In this document: in pieces, positions 20,796 through 30,925 of the stretch
Position numbering within the stretch: position 1 is the first letter of the stretch
Layout: every line of letters begins with the position of its first letter
Assembly (NCBI GenBank): GCA_902612915.1
Contig: CACMFH010000004.1
Location: 2,570-66,569, forward strand
DNA from: an uncultured SAR86 cluster bacterium
Lineage (GTDB): Bacteria; Pseudomonadota; Gammaproteobacteria; Magnimaribacterales; D2472
Direction of reading: 5' to 3'
Length of the DNA: 64,000 bases
Position numbers and translations under genes: made by a program
Notes under the pieces: model-generated
The model's input: the letters and a program-made list of their open reading frames with translations, nothing else
Told to the model about the DNA's origin: nothing
Database searches by the model: none

Positions 20796-21881
20796 ATGAA
20801 ATACTTATTAACAACATTATTTATATATTCGCTTTCTGTAGTATCTGATCCTATAGATAAAATTATTCATATAGTTCCTGCAATCGACGAGACTCCTCAA
20901 GTAATCTCAAAAGGAGATGCTGCAGATGATCCTGCCATTTGGCTAAATAAATTAAATCCAGATAGATCACTAGTATTTGGAACAGATAAGAGAAGTGGCA
21001 TATATACATATAACTTAAAGGCCGAAAAAATAGGCTACACAGAAATTGGAGATATCAATAATATTGATGTTAGAACAATGAATGTTACTGATGATGATAA
21101 CAAAGACATAGGTAGTTATTCATTTATCTTTGCATCAAATAGAACTACAAACACACTTGATATTTGGGTATATAAAGATACTAATATTGATAAGGCTATA
21201 AAGGATAATAATTTTGAAATTTCAAAAGAGCCATACATAAATGCTAAAGCAAACATGGTAGTTTATGGAGTTTGTGCAGGCATTGATTCAAGATTTGGAT
21301 TAATAGCATTTCTAACAGAAGATGAGGGATCAAAGGTACAGATGTGGAATTATGGTCCCTTTGGAATGACTCTTTTAACAACATTTAATAATGGAAATGC
21401 AACTCAATCTGAGGGATGTGTTTACGACGATGAAAATAGAACTCTTTTTATATCTGAAGAACAAGATAGAGGTATTTTAAGAGCCTATAAAATAAATAAC
21501 GAGTTAGATTTTTCAATTCCTATTATTATTGATAATAGATCTGGAAATATAGATGATGATCCTGAAGGTGTAACAGTTTATAAGTCTTCTGAAAAAGATG
21601 GCTATGTTATCGTTTCATCTCAAGGTGATAGTTCTTTTAATATTTATAATCGACAAGAGCCTTATAACTACCTAGGCAGTTTTAAAGTTGGTAGTAACAA
21701 GGACATTGATAATGTTAATGACACTGATGGTATTGACGTTATTAATTTCAATTTTGGTAATAAATATCCTATGGGTTTATTTGTCCTGCAGGATGGAACA
21801 AATGATGGTAAAAATAAGGTTAAGAGACAGAATTTTAAATATGTTTCTTTTGCTGATGTTCTAGAAAAATTAGATCTTTAA
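20796..21881 (+). CDS. Beta-propeller phytase (3-phytase, BPP family)
   Basis: Signal peptide. Colinear with Bacillus PhyC as I recall it: GDAADDPAIWLN, NNIDVR, ASNR, SEGCVYDDE, ISEE, DPEGVTVY, SSQGDSSFNIY, DTDGIDV, QNFKYV. Confidence 0.93.
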   Translation: MKYLLTTLFIYSLSVVSDPIDKIIHIVPAIDETPQVISKGDAADDPAIWLNKLNPDRSLVFGTDKRSGIYTYNLKAEKIGYTEIGDINNIDVRTMNVTDDDNKDIGSYSFIFASNRTTNTLDIWVYKDTNIDKAIKDNNFEISKEPYINAKANMVVYGVCAGIDSRFGLIAFLTEDEGSKVQMWNYGPFGMTLLTTFNNGNATQSEGCVYDDENRTLFISEEQDRGILRAYKINNELDFSIPIIIDNRSGNIDDDPEGVTVYKSSEKDGYVIVSSQGDSSFNIYNRQEPYNYLGSFKVGSNKDIDNVNDTDGIDVINFNFGNKYPMGLFVLQDGTNDGKNKVKRQNFKYVSFADVLEKLDL

Positions 21882-22997
21882 TTTCTTTATAAATTCTATA
21901 ATATCCTTAGAGAGTGATTCAGGTTGCTCTAAGGCTGCAAAATGTCCGCCTTTGTGAGTATTCCATTGAACTACATTATAGATTTCTTCAGCCCATGCTC
22001 TTGGAGGTGCAATTAAGTCTCTTTCAAAAACTGCGCCTGCCATAGGTTGCTTAATGTTCTCAAAAGAAAATCCTAAGTCTCCATTTTCTTTATATAACCT
22101 TGTTGATGAAGTTATTGATTCACTAAACCAATACAAAGATACTATTGCTAAAACTTCATCGTTAGAGACAACTAGTTTATTCTCTTCACCATCAAACCAG
22201 CCATAAAACTTCTCTACAATCCATGCAGCAAGTCCAACAGGAGAGTCATTTAAGCCATAACCAAGTGTTTGTGGTTTTGTTTTTTGTATCTCATAGTATC
22301 CAACTCCTTGTTCTTTATATTTTTCAAAATTTGCCATTAATTTTTGTTCTTCTTGTGAGGTATTTTTTAATGGATCTTTATCAGCAGGCGGCCAAGCAAT
22401 AATCATATTAAGATGAATGCCAATACAATGATCTGGATAAAGTTCAGCCATCCATTTGCTTATGGTAGCTCCCCAGTCACCACCTTGAACAATATACTTA
22501 TCGTATCCAAGAGCAATTAGAAGCTCATGCTGCAAAATAGCAATCTGTTTGGAATCCATACCAACTTCTTTTGGTTTGTCAGAGAAACCAAATCCTGGGA
22601 GAGAAGGGCAAATAATATCAATTGGAATATCAGAGTTTTTTTGAATAATTGGTATTATTTTTAAAAATTCTTGGATGCTTCCAGGCCAACCATGAGTCAT
22701 TACTAATGGAATAGCATTATCATTGTTTGACTTTGAATGAAGGAAATGAAGCTTAAGTTCGGACTTGGTTGTATATCTGTAGCTACCAATGTCATTAATC
22801 TTCTTTTCATGATCTCGCCAATTAAATTCATTTCGCCAATAGTTTGTTAGCTCTTTTAGGAAATTAAGATCTGTTCCATGAGACCATCTATGATTTATTT
22901 CATCAGGCCATCTTGTTAGATCTATTTTTTTATTTAGTAAATCAATATCTTTTTCAGATACTTTAACTATAAATTCTTCTATATTTTTCATAAGCAA
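21870..22997 (-). CDS. Epoxide hydrolase (alpha/beta fold with EH N-terminal domain)
   Basis: HGWPGS oxyanion motif, GGDWG nucleophile elbow, and an N-terminal cap domain with the RWPDE motif. Confidence 0.85.
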   Translation of the reverse strand: MLMKNIEEFIVKVSEKDIDLLNKKIDLTRWPDEINHRWSHGTDLNFLKELTNYWRNEFNWRDHEKKINDIGSYRYTTKSELKLHFLHSKSNNDNAIPLVMTHGWPGSIQEFLKIIPIIQKNSDIPIDIICPSLPGFGFSDKPKEVGMDSKQIAILQHELLIALGYDKYIVQGGDWGATISKWMAELYPDHCIGIHLNMIIAWPPADKDPLKNTSQEEQKLMANFEKYKEQGVGYYEIQKTKPQTLGYGLNDSPVGLAAWIVEKFYGWFDGEENKLVVSNDEVLAIVSLYWFSESITSSTRLYKENGDLGFSFENIKQPMAGAVFERDLIAPPRAWAEEIYNVVQWNTHKGGHFAALEQPESLSKDIIEFIKKLKI

Positions 22998-23061
22998 TTA
23001 TTTAGTTTAATTTATATCACACCTTAAATATATTGAAGTAAAATATCTTTTTTGAGTAAAT

Positions 23062-23565
23062 ATGTTTGAGAATATAGAGTCTTTTCTTAGTAATAATAAT
23101 GAATTAGCTTGGATTGCTATTTTCATGTTTGCTTTTATGGAATCGTTTATTTTATCTGGCATTATTGTTTCAAGTGCTATTTTATTTTCAGTATGCATTT
23201 TTGTTTTCAATATGGAGTTATTACCTTTATACACAATTGTGATGGTTGCAATGCTTGGCGCTCATTTAGGTGATGTTTCTGGCTTCTTTTTTGGTAAAAC
23301 TGTTGGTCCAAGCTTGTTAGCAACTAAATTTATTTCTAAAAGAGAAAAGACAATAAAAAGAGCTCAAAAATTTTTGGATAAAACAGGACAATACACTGTG
23401 ATTTTGGGTAGATTTGTTCCTGCCATAAGACCGATTGTTCCTTTTTTGCTTGGTATTTCTGATCTAAAAGCTGTAAGATTTTATATTGCTGATGTCGTCG
23501 CATGTACATGTTGGGGAATTGCCTTAGCATTACTGGTAACAGGAGTCGGATCTTTAATAGGATAA
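23062..23565 (+). CDS. DedA-family membrane protein
   Basis: GRFVPAIRPIVPFLLG motif with several TM segments. Confidence 0.85.
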   Translation: MFENIESFLSNNNELAWIAIFMFAFMESFILSGIIVSSAILFSVCIFVFNMELLPLYTIVMVAMLGAHLGDVSGFFFGKTVGPSLLATKFISKREKTIKRAQKFLDKTGQYTVILGRFVPAIRPIVPFLLGISDLKAVRFYIADVVACTCWGIALALLVTGVGSLIG

Positions 23566-23569
23566 AAAT

Positions 23570-23758
23570 ATGTTAAGTATGTTTATATTAGTAGTTAGCT
23601 CAATAGCAGTTTTATTTTTGTTATTTCAATTAATCAAAGCAAGCAGACAAGGTAGATTTCTTCAGACCTTAAGAGATCTCTTAATCATACTTTTAGCTAT
23701 TTTGATGACGGCAGCAATTTTTTATATTGGATTTAGATTCTTCAGAACCTTTATTTAG
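23570..23758 (+). CDS. Small two-TM membrane protein, hypothetical
   Basis: 62 aa with two hydrophobic helices, packed tightly between dedA and the HIT gene. Confidence 0.4.
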   Translation: MLSMFILVVSSIAVLFLLFQLIKASRQGRFLQTLRDLLIILLAILMTAAIFYIGFRFFRTFI

Positions 23759-23759
23759 A

Positions 23760-24101
23760 ATGTCATTAACTTTATTTGAAAAAATTATTAATAAAGAAAT
23801 ACCTGCTGAAATTATTTATGAAGATGACGTTTCTATTGTTATCGAAGATATCAATCCACAAGCGCCCACACACTTACTGATTATTCCAAAAAAAGTAATT
23901 CCTAAATTGTCTGATGCATCAAATGAGGATCAAGAAATATTAGGTCACTTAATGCTTGTAGCTGGGAAAATTGCAGATCAGCTTGGTTTAGATGAAACTT
24001 TTAGATTAGTTGTTAATAACGGCGCAAAAGCTGGGCAAAGTGTTTTTCATCTTCATCTTCACCTTATCTCAGGAAGGCCTCTTAATTGGCCTCCAGGTTA
24101 A
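23760..24101 (+). CDS. HIT-family (histidine triad) nucleotide hydrolase
   Basis: HLHLHLI histidine triad. I placed the start at the ATG at 23760 (MSLTLFEKIINKEIPAEIIYEDD) rather than the TTG at 23727 in the ORF track. Confidence 0.9.
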   Translation: MSLTLFEKIINKEIPAEIIYEDDVSIVIEDINPQAPTHLLIIPKKVIPKLSDASNEDQEILGHLMLVAGKIADQLGLDETFRLVVNNGAKAGQSVFHLHLHLISGRPLNWPPG

Positions 24102-24289
24102 AAATAAATATAAGCGCCTAGACCTAATAAAAAAACAATAATTCCTATTCCTATAGCAAAATAAGAACCATACTTTAAAGTTGAACTGTCATCCATAATA
24201 AATCCCCTCAAAAAAATATATCAAAAATTAATTCTTTTTCAAACGATTTTTTAAGATAAAATGGTCTAAAAATTCATAACTATTAAATC

Positions 24290-25537
24290 TTGAGTAAATC
24301 AAAACTATCTAGAGAAATAAAAGCTTGGATATCTTATGATCTAGGTAACTCAGCTTTTGCAACTACTGTTTTAGCAGCATTTTTTCCTATTTTTTACAAT
24401 CAATATTGGGCATCTACATTAGACTCTATTTTATCAGCAGAGTATCTAAGTTGGACTCTAGTAATTTCAAATCTTACTTTATTATTCACCGCACCTCTCA
24501 TAGGAGCTATAACTGATATAAGCAAGTCTACTAAATTGATGTTTATATCAATGGTTTCAATATCCATTATTTGCGTTGGTTTATTATATTTTTTACAAGT
24601 TGGATCCTGGTTATATGCTTTAGTATTTTTTGGTATTGCTAACTATTTCTTTTCTGCTTCAAACGTTCTGTATGACAAAATTTTAGTTCAAATAGCATCT
24701 CCTGATTTATTTTCAAAGATTTCAGGTTACGGGTATGCCTGGGGATATTTTGGAGGAGGGTTGCTTTTTCTTGTAAATGCTTTGATGAGCCTTTATCCAG
24801 AAATGTTTGGATTGAGCTCTCAAGCTGATGCAATAAGATGGTCATTTATTACAGTATCTGTATGGTGGACAATATTCCTATTACCTCTATCAATTACATA
24901 CAAAGAAAGAGTTGTTAATTCATCACAAAGGGTACTTAAGGATTCTTTTAGAAATTTTGTTAATACTCTTAAATCTGTATCAGAGCATAGAAATGCATTC
25001 ATATTTTTGATCGCTTTTTTTCTATTTATAGATGGTGTTCATACTGTTATAGCACTTGCTTCAACCTTTGCTATAAATCTAGGCCTTGATACAAGCTCAA
25101 TTATTATTGCTTTAATTTTAGTTCAATTCGTAGCATTTCCTTCAACATTGATGTGGGCATTTGTTGCAGAAAAGTTCGGAGATAAACTAGTAATAAATAT
25201 AACGATCATTATTTACATCATATTAATTTTATATTCATTTAATTTATCTGATGGAATTGAATTTTATATTCTTGCAGGTTTAATAGGTTTTATTCAAGGT
25301 GGCATTCAGGGAAGTTCTCGTAGCTTGTTTGCTAAGTTAATCCCATCTGATAAAGCAGGAGCATTTTTTGGTTTATTTAATACCTTCGGAAAAGCTGCAG
25401 CATTTATAGGTCCAGCACTTATAGGTATTTTCTTAGCAATATTTAAAGATACAACATTAATGCTTTTGCCTTTATTAATTTTATTCGTATTAGGGATTGT
25501 TGTTTTATATTTTGTTGATACCGATGAAGTTATTTAG
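24290..25537 (+). CDS. MFS transporter, UMF1/Atg22-like
   Basis: WISYDLGNSAFATTVLAAFFPIFY N-terminal signature, about 12 TM segments, TTG start. Confidence 0.8.
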   Translation: MSKSKLSREIKAWISYDLGNSAFATTVLAAFFPIFYNQYWASTLDSILSAEYLSWTLVISNLTLLFTAPLIGAITDISKSTKLMFISMVSISIICVGLLYFLQVGSWLYALVFFGIANYFFSASNVLYDKILVQIASPDLFSKISGYGYAWGYFGGGLLFLVNALMSLYPEMFGLSSQADAIRWSFITVSVWWTIFLLPLSITYKERVVNSSQRVLKDSFRNFVNTLKSVSEHRNAFIFLIAFFLFIDGVHTVIALASTFAINLGLDTSSIIIALILVQFVAFPSTLMWAFVAEKFGDKLVINITIIIYIILILYSFNLSDGIEFYILAGLIGFIQGGIQGSSRSLFAKLIPSDKAGAFFGLFNTFGKAAAFIGPALIGIFLAIFKDTTLMLLPLLILFVLGIVVLYFVDTDEVI

Positions 25538-25709
25538 CACAAAATCAATAATTTTTTATAGCATATTAGGTGCAATAACAGCCTTTGTAATTGCTCCATT
25601 TATAAGAAGTCTTATTGATTTTAGTACTGGTATTGAGTTACTTATCACCACAGCAATAATAATCCCAATGTATGCTGTTATCACAAGATTTTTAAAAAAG
25701 TATCTTTAA
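25524..25709 (+). CDS. Small two-TM membrane protein, hypothetical
   Basis: ATG at 25524 (MKLFSTKSIIFYSILGAITAF). Overlaps the end of the MFS gene by 14 nt. Confidence 0.4.
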   Translation: MKLFSTKSIIFYSILGAITAFVIAPFIRSLIDFSTGIELLITTAIIIPMYAVITRFLKKYL

Positions 25710-26440
25710 GATTTTTGAAGTGTTTCAAATAGAAGTTTTGGTTTGTCAGTAATTATTCCATCAACTTTAAGATCGATTAAATAATTGAATGTTTTAATAT
25801 CATTAATTGTCCAAACCATTATTTTGATTCCTTTTGATTTTAAGTAATTAACAAATCTTTTTGTCACAATTCTTGCTCCGTAATATCTGATAGGAATTTG
25901 AAGACAATCACCAGGAACGATTCCTCTATAGATACCAAAACTCGACATCAGTGTTTTGGCAACCTCATTGGGACCCATGGATATGCACAAATGCGGATGA
26001 GTTGATCTTACATTATTTAATCTTTCGCTATTAAAACTTGCCACACAGACTCTTTCAGAGGCATTTGATTTCGATATAACTTCTAATGCAGGATTTACAA
26101 CTTCGTCTGTTTTAAAGTCTATTTGAAATGAAGTTGAAGGAAAGGTATTTAAAGCATCTACTAATTTAGGAATCCTATGGTCACCAAATATTCTCAAATC
26201 ATCAATTTCTTGACTTGAAAGGCTATCAAATTTAAAAGGTAAATCACAAATTCTTTTGAGATCATTGTCATGGAAAATATATGGGATACCATCAGAGGAC
26301 ACTTGCACATCAGTTTCAATGAATTTACAGCCTAAAGATATTGAGTATTCAAAAGATTCAAGAGTATTTTCTGCTGCTTCCTCAGCTCCACCTCTGTGAG
26401 CTAGCACCTCAAGACCGTCATATTGTAGATAAGTTTTCAT
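25706..26440 (-). CDS. Glycerophosphodiester phosphodiesterase (GDPD family)
   Basis: AHRGG, ENTLESF and ETDV motifs. Confidence 0.9.
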   Translation of the reverse strand: MKTYLQYDGLEVLAHRGGAEEAAENTLESFEYSISLGCKFIETDVQVSSDGIPYIFHDNDLKRICDLPFKFDSLSSQEIDDLRIFGDHRIPKLVDALNTFPSTSFQIDFKTDEVVNPALEVISKSNASERVCVASFNSERLNNVRSTHPHLCISMGPNEVAKTLMSSFGIYRGIVPGDCLQIPIRYYGARIVTKRFVNYLKSKGIKIMVWTINDIKTFNYLIDLKVDGIITDKPKLLFETLQKS

Positions 26441-26504
26441 TAATCGATATTGTATACGTTAATATTGTAAAATATGTCTCTTTAATGAGAAGTTAACTAT
26501 TTCA

Positions 26505-27620
26505 GTGAAAAAATTTGATTCTATAAGGCCATATCATGATGATGAAGTTCATCAAGTTTTGATAGACCTATCTAATAACAGAAGATTTTTAAAAATGTTA
26601 TTTTCTACAGGAAGGTTTAACAAAATAAGATACCTACCTTTTTCAAGAAAAGTTCTTAGCCTTGTTCTTAAAAACAGAATTAAAAATATAAAAAGTGTCA
26701 GTCAGTACCAAGATGCATTTGAAGCAGTGGTCTCTGAAGTAATAAAGAATTCAATCAAAAAATTTTCAATATCTGGTATCGAAAATTTAGATCCTAATAA
26801 AGGATATCTTTTTGTAGCAAACCATCGAGATATAACCCTTGATTCAGCATTACTTAATTTTACATTGCATCAAAATAACTTTAAGACCACTTACAACGCA
26901 GTTGGTAATAATTTATTGAGTGAGAAGTGGGCATCAGACCTTATGCGATTAAATAAAAGTTTTATTATTGATAGAAGTGATAAATCAAAAAGAGATATAT
27001 ATAAAAGCTTAAATCTTGCATCAGAATTTATCTACAACACAATAGTTAATGAGAATGAGTCTATTTGGATTGCACAAAAACAAGGCAGATCTAAAGATGG
27101 TAACGATTACACAGATCCATCAGTGATTAAAATGATTCATTTGAACGCAAGAAAAAAATTATCTGTAAATGATTATCTTAATAGTTTAAATCTTATTCCA
27201 GTCTCAATATCTTATGAAAAAGATCCTAACGATCTTCTTAAAGCTAAAGAGATGTACCTAACAGACCTTAATCAAAAATACATAAAAGAAAGAAAAGAAG
27301 ATATGGAAAGCATTTTTCTAGGCATTAAAGGCTCAAAAGGAGATGTGCATTTAAATATTGGTAAAGCAATGCACTTTGATTCAGATTCTTATGAAGAATG
27401 TTCTGATCAAATTACTGAAGCAATAAAACAATTATATCAACCACATTCTACAAATTATGCTGCTGCTGTAATACAAGGTAAACCAAACAATAATGGTAAA
27501 TATTCACCAGAAGAAATTAATGAAGCAATAGAGTATCTTGAGAATAGAATGAACCTCATACCAGAAGACATGAGGCCATATTTTCTTAATCAATATTCCA
27601 ATTCTGTAATAGACATTTAA
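26505..27620 (+). CDS. Phospholipid/glycerol acyltransferase family protein (PlsC-like)
   Basis: FVANHRDITLDSA acyltransferase block with H and D. 371 aa, GTG start. Substrate unknown. Confidence 0.7.
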   Translation: MKKFDSIRPYHDDEVHQVLIDLSNNRRFLKMLFSTGRFNKIRYLPFSRKVLSLVLKNRIKNIKSVSQYQDAFEAVVSEVIKNSIKKFSISGIENLDPNKGYLFVANHRDITLDSALLNFTLHQNNFKTTYNAVGNNLLSEKWASDLMRLNKSFIIDRSDKSKRDIYKSLNLASEFIYNTIVNENESIWIAQKQGRSKDGNDYTDPSVIKMIHLNARKKLSVNDYLNSLNLIPVSISYEKDPNDLLKAKEMYLTDLNQKYIKERKEDMESIFLGIKGSKGDVHLNIGKAMHFDSDSYEECSDQITEAIKQLYQPHSTNYAAAVIQGKPNNNGKYSPEEINEAIEYLENRMNLIPEDMRPYFLNQYSNSVIDI

Positions 27621-27634
27621 AAAGAATAAAAAAA

Positions 27635-27664
27635 AGAGAAGAGCTACTTTCGTAACTCTTCTCT
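27635..27664. terminator. Bidirectional terminator between convergent genes
   Basis: Stem AGAGAAGAG / CTCTTCTCT, flanked by an A-run upstream and an A-run downstream (a T-run on the other strand). Confidence 0.6.
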
Positions 27665-27724
27665 AAAAAATTTAACGTTATGACTTAGTTATTGGGGGAG
27701 CACTATGACGTCATTACAATTAAA

Positions 27725-28957
27725 TTATTTAAACTCTGGATAAGCTTCTATACCTATCTCAGAAACATCAAGACCTAGATCTTGTTCTTCATCTGTAGCT
27801 CTAATTGGCATTACTGAATTGATAGCCATTGTTGTTAGATAACTCATTATGAAAGTGAATCCAGCTATTGCTAATACACCTATCAATTGAGTTACAAAAC
27901 TTGCACCACCAGTAACGCTAACTGCTAATACTCCGAAGATTCCAACTGTTCCGTGAGCAGAAATAGCTCCTACTGGGTCATCAATTCCAGATTTCTCGAG
28001 ATATAAGATTGAGAAATAAACAATTACACCACCTATAGCACCTACTAATACTGCCATACCACCAGAAGGACTTAATGGATCTGCAGTAATAGCTACTAGT
28101 CCAGCAATTGCACCATTCATAGCCATTGTTACATCCATTTTTCCTGTCATGATTAAGCTAACTAAAAGCGCAGCAACAACTCCGCCTGCAGCAGCCATAT
28201 TTGTATTCATAAATACCTGACTTACAGCAATAGCACTTCCTTCACTAGCAACAGCAAGCTCAGATCCACCATTAAATCCAAACCAACCTAGCCAGAGAAT
28301 CCAGACACCTAATGCTGCCATTGGAATATTTGATCCTGGCATTGGATTGACTGATCCGTCATATCCATATTTACCTTTTCTTGGGCCTAATATACTTACA
28401 ACACCTAAAGCTGCAGCTGCACCACATAAATGCACAGTACCTGAGCCAGCGTAGTCAGAATATCCCATAGCGTTTAAGAAACCACCGCCCCAGTTCCAAT
28501 AACCTTGAATAGGGTATATAAATCCAGTCAAAATGACTGCAAATATAAAAAATGGTAATAACTTCATTCTTCCTGCAACAGCTCCAGATACAATAGACAT
28601 TGCTGTAGCTACGAACACAACTTGGAAAAAGAAGTCAGCTTGTTGGGAATAATCCATTCCGTATGGCATTCCAATTTCTTCATTTGGTAATGCTGTAGAT
28701 AACCCTAGGGATGTTCCAATTGATGGTATTACACCCTCAATGAGTGATCCACCTGGATACATTAGTACGAAACCACAAACTAAATACATAATACATGCTA
28801 TTGAATATAGTCCTAGGTTTTTAGTAACAATTTCAGATACATCTTTCTTTTGAACTAGTCCAGCTTCAAGCATAGTAAATCCTGCTGCCATCCACATAAC
28901 TAGTGCACCTGCCATAACGGCATAAAATGTATCTAATGCAAATTTAATTTCTTCCAT
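27725..28957 (-). CDS. amt: Ammonium transporter (Amt family)
   Basis: AGFTMLEAG, DYAGSGTVHL and AHGTVGIFG motifs, 11 TM segments. Confidence 0.95.
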   Translation of the reverse strand: MEEIKFALDTFYAVMAGALVMWMAAGFTMLEAGLVQKKDVSEIVTKNLGLYSIACIMYLVCGFVLMYPGGSLIEGVIPSIGTSLGLSTALPNEEIGMPYGMDYSQQADFFFQVVFVATAMSIVSGAVAGRMKLLPFFIFAVILTGFIYPIQGYWNWGGGFLNAMGYSDYAGSGTVHLCGAAAALGVVSILGPRKGKYGYDGSVNPMPGSNIPMAALGVWILWLGWFGFNGGSELAVASEGSAIAVSQVFMNTNMAAAGGVVAALLVSLIMTGKMDVTMAMNGAIAGLVAITADPLSPSGGMAVLVGAIGGVIVYFSILYLEKSGIDDPVGAISAHGTVGIFGVLAVSVTGGASFVTQLIGVLAIAGFTFIMSYLTTMAINSVMPIRATDEEQDLGLDVSEIGIEAYPEFK

Positions 28958-28970
28958 AATTTCTCCTTAT

Positions 28971-29905
<935 letters not shown>

Positions 29906-29940
29906 TTAAATCTCCTTTTAAATATACTTACTAACATATA

Positions 29941-29956
29941 TGCAATTGGTGTGCCA
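29941..29956 (-). promoter_or_regulatory. Sigma-54 (-24/-12) promoter of the porin-glnK-amt operon
   Basis: The minus strand reads TTGGCAC-ACCAA-TTGCA, an exact match to TGGCAC-N5-TTGC. It lies about 36 nt upstream of the porin ATG and is followed by the SD AAGGAGA. Confidence 0.7.
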
Positions 29957-30019
29957 ATTATGTAATTATTTTTTTTATATAAAAAAAAGTTATAATTTTT
30001 AGAAAATTTTGGAGTAAAT

Positions 30020-30790
30020 ATGGATCTCAATAAAAAAGTAGCATTAGTTACAGGTGGAGCTTCTGGTTTAGGACAAGCCACTGTTGAAGCTTATGTGGCT
30101 AAAGGAGCAAAAGCAGTCATCTTAGACATAAATGAAGATAAGGCCCTAGAAATAATAAATAATCTCGGTGAAGACAAAGTCATGTTTATATCTACTGATA
30201 TTATGAAAGAGGATCCAGTAGTAGAGGCTATTAATAAAATTAAAGATAATTTTGGAGGGCTTCATATTGCAGTTAATTGTGCTGGAACTGGATACCCAGG
30301 AAGAATATTAGGTAAAGAAGCGCCTCATCCATTAGATGCCTTTCAATTTATTGTTAACTTAAACCTTGTTGGAACTTTTAACGTCATGAGAATAGCAGCT
30401 GAATTAATGGATAAGAATGAACCTGATGAAAAAGGTGAAAAGGGGGTTATTATTAATACGGCTTCTATTGCAGGTATTGAGGGTCAAATTGGTCAATCAG
30501 CATATAGTGCATCTAAAGCAGGTGTAATTGGATTAACTATTACTGCTGCTAGAGATCTTGCAAGACACGCCATAAGAGTATGTACAATTGCTCCAGGAAT
30601 TTTTGATACTCCACTAATGCAATTAGCTCCAGATAAGGTAAGAGATCCTTTATTAGAATCAACTCAATTTCCTCATAGATTTGGGCAACCAAATGAATTT
30701 GCAGATTTAGCAGTTCATATTGTAGAAAATACATACCTAAATGGTGAAACAATCAGGTTAGATTCAGGAATGAGAATGAAACCTAGATAA
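30020..30790 (+). CDS. Short-chain dehydrogenase, 3-hydroxyacyl-CoA dehydrogenase type-2-like
   Basis: TGGASGLG cofactor motif and YSASKAG catalytic motif, 256 aa. Confidence 0.9.
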   Translation: MDLNKKVALVTGGASGLGQATVEAYVAKGAKAVILDINEDKALEIINNLGEDKVMFISTDIMKEDPVVEAINKIKDNFGGLHIAVNCAGTGYPGRILGKEAPHPLDAFQFIVNLNLVGTFNVMRIAAELMDKNEPDEKGEKGVIINTASIAGIEGQIGQSAYSASKAGVIGLTITAARDLARHAIRVCTIAPGIFDTPLMQLAPDKVRDPLLESTQFPHRFGQPNEFADLAVHIVENTYLNGETIRLDSGMRMKPR

Positions 30791-30791
30791 A

Positions 30792-30923
30792 TTATTGAAC
30801 AGCTACCCAGTAAGTCATTGCTATAACAGCAACAATAATTAGAAACAAAATAACTTTAGCATCGCTTTTGCTATCAAGGTTTGCTTCATCTGATTCATAG
30901 TATTCTTTATAGTCATCCTTCAT
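30792..30923 (-). CDS. Possible 43-aa single-TM protein (not in ORF track)
   Basis: MKDDYKEYYESDEANLDSKSDAKVILFLIIVAVIAMTYWVAVQ. Its ATG is 2 nt after the acuI-like stop on the same strand, and it fills an otherwise empty 135-nt gap. Confidence 0.3.
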   Translation of the reverse strand: MKDDYKEYYESDEANLDSKSDAKVILFLIIVAVIAMTYWVAVQ

Positions 30924-30925
30924 AT

